Below are positions 58,804 to 64,000 of a stretch of DNA of 64,000 nucleotides, piece after piece. The translations under genes and the position numbers were made by a program. Every line of letters begins with the position of its first letter. Within the stretch, counting starts at the first letter, position 1. This DNA comes from Candidatus Eiseniibacteriota bacterium (GTDB lineage: Bacteria > Eisenbacteria > RBG-16-71-46 > CAZAMP01): NCBI GenBank assembly GCA_965224245.1, contig OZ245046.1:4832001-4896000 (forward strand), in the 5' to 3' direction. The notes beneath the pieces were generated by a model. It saw nothing but the letters and a program-made list of their open reading frames with translations. It was not told the DNA's origin and ran no database searches.

Positions 58804-60072
58804 TCAGGCCTCCCGCATGAACCGCGTGTCGAGCCGCCACGCGGAGAACACGAACAGTAGGACGATCACGCAGAGGAGCGCGCCCAGCGCCACACCCATC
58901 GCCGCGGCATCGACGCGATCGAAGAGGATGTCCTTCAGGCGCGCGAGCGCCCAGCCGTTCGGCGTGAGCTTCCCGATCGTGGCGAAGAGGTCGGGCATCG
59001 CCTCGAACGGGAAGAAGCTCCCCCCGAGCATCATCAGCGGGAGCACGACGACCATGCCGAGCACCTCCGCGTCGCGCTGCGTGGACGAGATGACGGTCAG
59101 CGTGGTCATGACGAGCAGCAGGAGAAGGCCCGACAGCGCCGCCCACGCGATCGCGAGCGGCAGGCGCGACCATCCGAGCTCGAAGTACGCGGTGGTGGCC
59201 ACGAGCGTGACGCTCGCCACGACCGTCATCAGGGTGATCCCCGCCGCGAGCTTGCCGGCGAGGAGACGGGTCGCGCTCTGGGGCGTGGTCGAGAGACGCC
59301 GGAGCGTGTGCAGGCCTCGCTCGGTCCAGAGATCGTTCGAGAGGCCCTGGGCCATGAACAGGAGCGCCATGAAGAGAAGACCCGGAACGAAGAGCAGCGC
59401 CATCGGCGGCCCGGACGCGGCGTCCTCGCCCGCGCCCACCGCCTCCTCCAGGTCGTCGGTGGTGCGAACGACGAGATCCATCACCGGCGGTATCAGGGTG
59501 CCCTCGAGCCGGGACACCGCGTCGTTGATCCGGATGCTGACCGCGGACACGGTCGTGTCGGTGCCCATCGAGTCCACGCCGGCCGCCTCGAACGTCGCGC
59601 GCACGTCGTCCCCGACGATGCGCTGGGCGTAGAAGACCGCATCGACGGCCATCGTCAGCATCTCCTCGACGATGGACGGGAGAATCGTCTCGGCCGGGTT
59701 CTTGATCAGCTGGAGCGTGGTCGGCTCGTCCCGGAGAATGGCACCTCCGAAGCCGTCGGGGATCACCAGGAGCGCGCTCGCCTCGCCGCCGTCGAGCCGC
59801 GCCCGGCCCTCGCCGGCGTCGACGGCCTCGGCGCGAACGAGACCGCCGGTGCGATCCTGGCTCAGCGCTCCCACCAGGAGGCCCGAGACGAGTGAGTCGT
59901 CCTCGTCGGCGACCAGCACGAAGGCCTCGGGGCGCGGCCCGCTCTTGCCGCCGGACAGCAGCGTCAACAGCGTTCCAATGATCAACGGGATGCCGATCCA
60001 GAGCACGAGCGCCAGGGGATCGCGAAGGCGCCGCCGGAGATCCTTGATCGAGGTCGCCCAGACGAAGCGCAC
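58804..60072 (-). CDS. ABC-2 type exporter permease
   Basis: KDLRRRLRDP, ERGLHTLRRL, GGSFFPFEAMP, TPNGW; GTG overlaps the ATPase stop. Confidence 0.9.
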   Translation of the reverse strand: MRFVWATSIKDLRRRLRDPLALVLWIGIPLIIGTLLTLLSGGKSGPRPEAFVLVADEDDSLVSGLLVGALSQDRTGGLVRAEAVDAGEGRARLDGGEASALLVIPDGFGGAILRDEPTTLQLIKNPAETILPSIVEEMLTMAVDAVFYAQRIVGDDVRATFEAAGVDSMGTDTTVSAVSIRINDAVSRLEGTLIPPVMDLVVRTTDDLEEAVGAGEDAASGPPMALLFVPGLLFMALLFMAQGLSNDLWTERGLHTLRRLSTTPQSATRLLAGKLAAGITLMTVVASVTLVATTAYFELGWSRLPLAIAWAALSGLLLLLVMTTLTVISSTQRDAEVLGMVVVLPLMMLGGSFFPFEAMPDLFATIGKLTPNGWALARLKDILFDRVDAAAMGVALGALLCVIVLLFVFSAWRLDTRFMREA

Positions 60073-61001
60073 TACTCCCGGAGCTCCTTCCCCGTCAGCT
60101 TGATGAAGAGGCTCTCGAGGTTCGGCTGCGTCATCGTGGTCTCGCGAATGACGCCGCCGGCGTTGCCGATCGTCTCGAACAGGGCCGGCAGCTGCGCCGA
60201 CGCCCCGGCCACCGCGAGGGTCAGCAGCTCCTCCTCGGCCTGGACGATCTCCACGTCGCCGGCGAGGCCGAGCGCGTCCCGCACGCGCGCCGGGTCGAAC
60301 GTGCCCGCCAGACGGAGGACGTCGCGCTCGCCGAGCATGCGGCGGAGCTCGCCGAGCGTGCCCGCCGCGATGACCTTGCCGTGGTCCACGATCGCCAGGC
60401 GCTCGCAGAGCTGCTCGGCCTCCTCCATGTAGTGCGTCGTGTAGAGAACGCACGTGCCCGCGGCCGCCTCTTCCCTCACGAGGTCGAGGAGGCTCACGCG
60501 GCTCTGCGGATCCACGCCCACCGTCGGCTCGTCCAGGAGGAGCACCTTCGGCCGGTGCACGATGCCGCAGCCGAAGTTCAGGCGACGCTTCATGCCGCCC
60601 GAGTACGTCTTCACCCGGTCCGTCGCGCGGTCGGTGAGTCCGGTGCGCGCGAGCACCTCGTCCACGCGGGTCGACAGCGCCGATCCGCCGAGCCCGTAGG
60701 CGCCACCCCAGTACCGGAGGTTCTCGGCGGCGGAGAGATCCTCGTACAGCGCGAGCTCCTGGGGCACGACGCCGAGCGCGCGCCGGGACGCCGGACCGTC
60801 GGAGACCACGTCGTGCCCGAGCACGCGCACGGTGCCCTCGGTCGGCCTCAGGAGCCCCGAGATGCAGCCGATCGTCGTGGACTTGCCGGCGCCGTTCGGA
60901 CCGAGGAGCCCGAAGATCGAGCCGGCCTCGGCCGAGAACGACACGCCGTCGACGGCGAGGAGATCGCCGTAGCGCTTGCGGAGGTTGGAGACGTCGATCA
61001 T
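60072..61001 (-). CDS. ABC transporter ATP-binding protein
   Basis: GPNGAGKST, YSGGMKRR, LLLDEPTVGVDP, YTTHYMEEA. Confidence 0.95.
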   Translation of the reverse strand: MIDVSNLRKRYGDLLAVDGVSFSAEAGSIFGLLGPNGAGKSTTIGCISGLLRPTEGTVRVLGHDVVSDGPASRRALGVVPQELALYEDLSAAENLRYWGGAYGLGGSALSTRVDEVLARTGLTDRATDRVKTYSGGMKRRLNFGCGIVHRPKVLLLDEPTVGVDPQSRVSLLDLVREEAAAGTCVLYTTHYMEEAEQLCERLAIVDHGKVIAAGTLGELRRMLGERDVLRLAGTFDPARVRDALGLAGDVEIVQAEEELLTLAVAGASAQLPALFETIGNAGGVIRETTMTQPNLESLFIKLTGKELRE

Positions 61002-61030
61002 GGGCGCGAGGGTAGCGTGCCGCGCGGGGG

Positions 61031-62317
61031 CTAGTCGAGCACGACGAGCTTGGCCGACGCACGGCCGTCGCCGCCGTCGGCGACGAGTACCCGTACTACG
61101 TAAACGCCCGGCGCCACCCGATCTCCGTCGTCGCCGCGATCGTCCCATGTAACCACGTGCCGGCCCACACCCCGATGCATGTCGGAGAGGCGGCGCACGA
61201 GACGTCCGCGAACGTCGAAGACGCCCAGGACCACGTCGGCCTCCCGCGACAGCACGAACGCAATGCGCGTTCCGTGATCGGTCGGGTTGGGGGAGACGGT
61301 CGTGATGCGGGACACGATCTCCGGGTGGGCGACACTCGCCGGCGTGTCGGTGCCGATCCGGAAGTCGTCACCGAACACGTAGAGCGCCTGGCCCACCTTG
61401 CCATCCAGCTCGCGGAGCTCGAACGTCGTGAAACCGGTCGGTCGATGGTCGACGACGCCGAAGAACTGGTGTGGACCGCCCACGATGTGCCCGCCCCCGA
61501 TCGGCGCGCCGCCGTCGATCAGGATGCCGAGGTTGGCGCCGTAGGTGCCGGTGAAGTAGCCGCCCACCGCGTGAAGCGTGCCGGCGCCCGAGACGAGCGT
61601 GCCCGTGACGCCGTCGTGGTAGAGGCAGCTCTCCGGCGGATCGTCGACGTCGCAGAACGACGGCGAGCCGGTCGCGTAGCCGTGATCGGGATCGTACACG
61701 GCCCACAGACCCGAGCGCGGAGGCCCGGACGTGGTGCTGATGGAGTTCTCCGCGGGCGGATCGGGATGGTTGGATCTCCACTCGATGCCCTGGCTGACGA
61801 CGCTCGGGAGTCGCGCCGGAGTCCGCACCGCTCCCCAGGCGTCGTCGTCCTCGAACCCCTCCTCGAGGACCGCGTAGCCGGCGGCGGTCACCTCGGCCAG
61901 GAAGGCCGACTCGTTCCAGCACGTGTAGACGTCGGGTCCGCCCTCGCACGCCGACAGCGTGACCACGGCCTCGTCGATCGCGGACTCGAACTCGGCGCGA
62001 TACACGAACGAGTCGGTCCCGTCGAAGCCGGCGCCCGGGCTGTACGTGAACGAGCCGTCGGCGGCCAGCGACAACGTCCCGAAGCTGACGTCCGAGACGA
62101 GCACCGCGGTGGCCCCGCTCTCGCCGGCACTCTCCCCGTCGAGGAGGTCGTTCTCGAGCACGCCGAACGGCTCGAGGACGAGCGGGGTGTCGTAGGGGAC
62201 GCCGTAGGCGTCGTCGACCGCCACGAGATCCTGGGCAACCGCCGGGGTTGCCCACGGCACGACCGCAATCAGTAGCCCCCCCGCGCGGAGGGTGACGTGG
62301 ATGTCGGTGGGTGTCAT
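61031..62317 (-). CDS. Secreted protein with cadherin/Ig-like (Big_9-type) domain and T9SS/FlgD-type C-terminus
   Basis: Signal peptide, AVDDAY...GVLEND...GTLSLAADGSFTYSP..FDGTDSFVY; tail SPNP...FDVRGRLVRRL...PGVYVVRV. Confidence 0.82.
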   Translation of the reverse strand: MTPTDIHVTLRAGGLLIAVVPWATPAVAQDLVAVDDAYGVPYDTPLVLEPFGVLENDLLDGESAGESGATAVLVSDVSFGTLSLAADGSFTYSPGAGFDGTDSFVYRAEFESAIDEAVVTLSACEGGPDVYTCWNESAFLAEVTAAGYAVLEEGFEDDDAWGAVRTPARLPSVVSQGIEWRSNHPDPPAENSISTTSGPPRSGLWAVYDPDHGYATGSPSFCDVDDPPESCLYHDGVTGTLVSGAGTLHAVGGYFTGTYGANLGILIDGGAPIGGGHIVGGPHQFFGVVDHRPTGFTTFELRELDGKVGQALYVFGDDFRIGTDTPASVAHPEIVSRITTVSPNPTDHGTRIAFVLSREADVVLGVFDVRGRLVRRLSDMHRGVGRHVVTWDDRGDDGDRVAPGVYVVRVLVADGGDGRASAKLVVLD

Positions 62318-62622
62318 CTCGTCTCTCCCGTTTCGAGGCGGCACCACCGGCCGGGCGGCGGTCGCCGAGTCGCTCGCGAGACGACGTCGGGACACACCTC
62401 GATGGATGGTGGATACCGGGAACGTAGACACGGCCCGAACGAGAGCGATTGTACCAACGAGCATCCGTCGGCCGTCAGTGACCCGAGGACCGGTCGCGCA
62501 CCGCTTCGAACGCCATACGTATCAAACGGACCCCTACCTCCCTCCATCTCCACAAGCCGGGCTTGGTCACGTCCACTCATCGAATTCGATGTCGGCGCGC
62601 GACCGGCGCGCAGGAGGTTCTC

Positions 62623-64000
62623 ATGCTCGGTGTGCCGCACTCCCCCCACGCCTCCGGCTTCCGGATCTCGTTGTCAGTGATTGCGTTGAGCGCGTCGGTG
62701 GCGAGCTCGATCTCGGCCGAGACGTTTCGCTACAGCTGCATCCTGTCGGGGCTCCAGGAGGCCCCGCCCGTCGCGTCGACCGGAATGGGTGCCGGGTCGT
62801 TTCTGATCGACACGGACGCGAACACGGTCACCTACAACATCGCGTACACCACGTTGAACTCGGCCGAGTCGGCCGCCCACATCCACGGCTTCTCCGATCC
62901 GGGGGTCGGCTCGGGCGTCGTGCACGCGCTGCCCGCCGGCAATCCCAAGGTCGGAACGTGGAACTACTCCGAAGCCCAGGAGGCCGACATCCTGGCCGGC
63001 CGAGCGTATGTGAACATCCATTCGGCCACGTCGCCCGGTGGCGAGATCCGCGGTCAAATCACGGCGCTGAACGCGTTCCTCGACGGAGCGCAGGAAGCCC
63101 CGCCGGTAGCCACGCCCGCGACCGGGTTCGCGACGTTCACGATCGACACCGACGCCAACATGCTCGGCTACTACATCTTCTACGCGGGTCTGACCGGTGC
63201 CGAGTCGGCCGCGCACATTCACGGCTACTCGTTGCACACGGTCGGCTCGGGCGTCGTGCACGCGCTGCCCGCCGGCAATCCCAAGGTCGGCACCTGGAAC
63301 TACTCGGACGGCGACGAGGCGGCGATCCTCGCCGGGCTCGCGTACGTGAACATCCACTCGAGCACCGCGCCCGGCGGCGAGATCCGCGGACAGATCAGCC
63401 CCGCGGTGATTCCGATCGACGGCGGGCAGGAGGTGCCGCCGGTCGCCTCGGGCGGTGCGGGCGTCGGCGTGTTCGCGATCGATCTCGACACGAACCGGCT
63501 CAGCTACGACATCCGCTTCGCGGGGCTCAACTCGGCCGAGACCCAATCGCACATCCACGGGTTCGCGCCTCCGGGCGGCGGCGCCGGCGTGCTGCACGCG
63601 CTCCCGCTGGGGTCCCCGAAGCTCGGCATGTGGAACTACACGGACGCGCAGGAGGCCGACATCCAGAACGGGCTCACGTACGTGAACGTTCACTCGTCGA
63701 CGTCGCCGGGGGGCGAGATCCGCGGTCAGGTCGAGGGCCTTCCGGCGCCCGAGCCGCTGGCGATCGGCGACATCGCGTCGCCGCGGCCGTACTCGCTGGC
63801 TCCGGGCTCACCGAACCCGTTCCGGTCGGGCACGATCGTACGTTATCGCCTGGACGCGGCGGCCGAGGTGTCGCTGACGGTGCACGACGTGGGCGGACGC
63901 CTCGTCCGGACGTTGCTCTCGGCCGCGATCGCGGCCGGGGAGCACGAGATCGTCTGGGATGGTCGCGACGACGCGAGCCGCGCGGTCGCGGCCGGAACGT
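62623..64000 (+). CDS. Secreted protein with three CHRD domains and T9SS/FlgD-type C-terminus (runs off window; absent from the ORF track)
   Basis: CAGGAGG RBS, ATG 62623; three repeats of QExPPV...[AS]HIHG...YVN[IV]HS...PGGEIRGQ; then PNPFRSGT...HDVGGRLVRTL...WDGRD. Confidence 0.9.
   Translation, partial: MLGVPHSPHASGFRISLSVIALSASVASSISAETFRYSCILSGLQEAPPVASTGMGAGSFLIDTDANTVTYNIAYTTLNSAESAAHIHGFSDPGVGSGVVHALPAGNPKVGTWNYSEAQEADILAGRAYVNIHSATSPGGEIRGQITALNAFLDGAQEAPPVATPATGFATFTIDTDANMLGYYIFYAGLTGAESAAHIHGYSLHTVGSGVVHALPAGNPKVGTWNYSDGDEAAILAGLAYVNIHSSTAPGGEIRGQISPAVIPIDGGQEVPPVASGGAGVGVFAIDLDTNRLSYDIRFAGLNSAETQSHIHGFAPPGGGAGVLHALPLGSPKLGMWNYTDAQEADIQNGLTYVNVHSSTSPGGEIRGQVEGLPAPEPLAIGDIASPRPYSLAPGSPNPFRSGTIVRYRLDAAAEVSLTVHDVGGRLVRTLLSAAIAAGEHEIVWDGRDDASRAVAAGT

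Overview
High-GC bacterial chromosome segment that contains the replication origin: mnmE-jag-yidC-yidD-rnpA-rpmH <> [inserted membrane glycosyltransferase-like gene] dnaA-oriC-dnaN-dciA-gyrB-gyrA, then parS-parS-parA-parB-bactofilin about 12-15 kb from dnaA. It also holds housekeeping genes (trxA, tex, aroC, proC, nadA), a sigma-54 enhancer-binding protein with visible promoter and UAS candidates, a Zn/Mn uptake operon led by a CxxC/RAPP leader peptide, a persulfide dioxygenase-rhodanese/TauE pair, an ABC-2 exporter, an ECF/anti-sigma pair and several secreted proteins. The secreted proteins end either in T9SS/FlgD-type tails or in a 'PVExxSWxxIKxxY' tail, which suggests an FCB-related candidate phylum such as Eisenbacteria or Latescibacterota (inference). 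I saw no rRNA, tRNA, CRISPR array, transposase or prophage. The least explained signals are: (1) a sigma-54 promoter followed by ~330 nt of highly structured, apparently non-coding RNA at 39.6-39.95 kb; (2) an unclassified HTH-like 412-aa protein divergent from a secreted protein, with back-to-back sigma-70 promoters and a perfect 19-bp operator-like palindrome at 53.1 kb; (3) two inverted, covarying ~120-150 bp hairpin elements bracketing a decayed gene at 6.4-7.5 kb; (4) a second DnaA-box cluster at 36.2 kb. All calls are from reading the sequence by eye; no database searches or folding programs were run.
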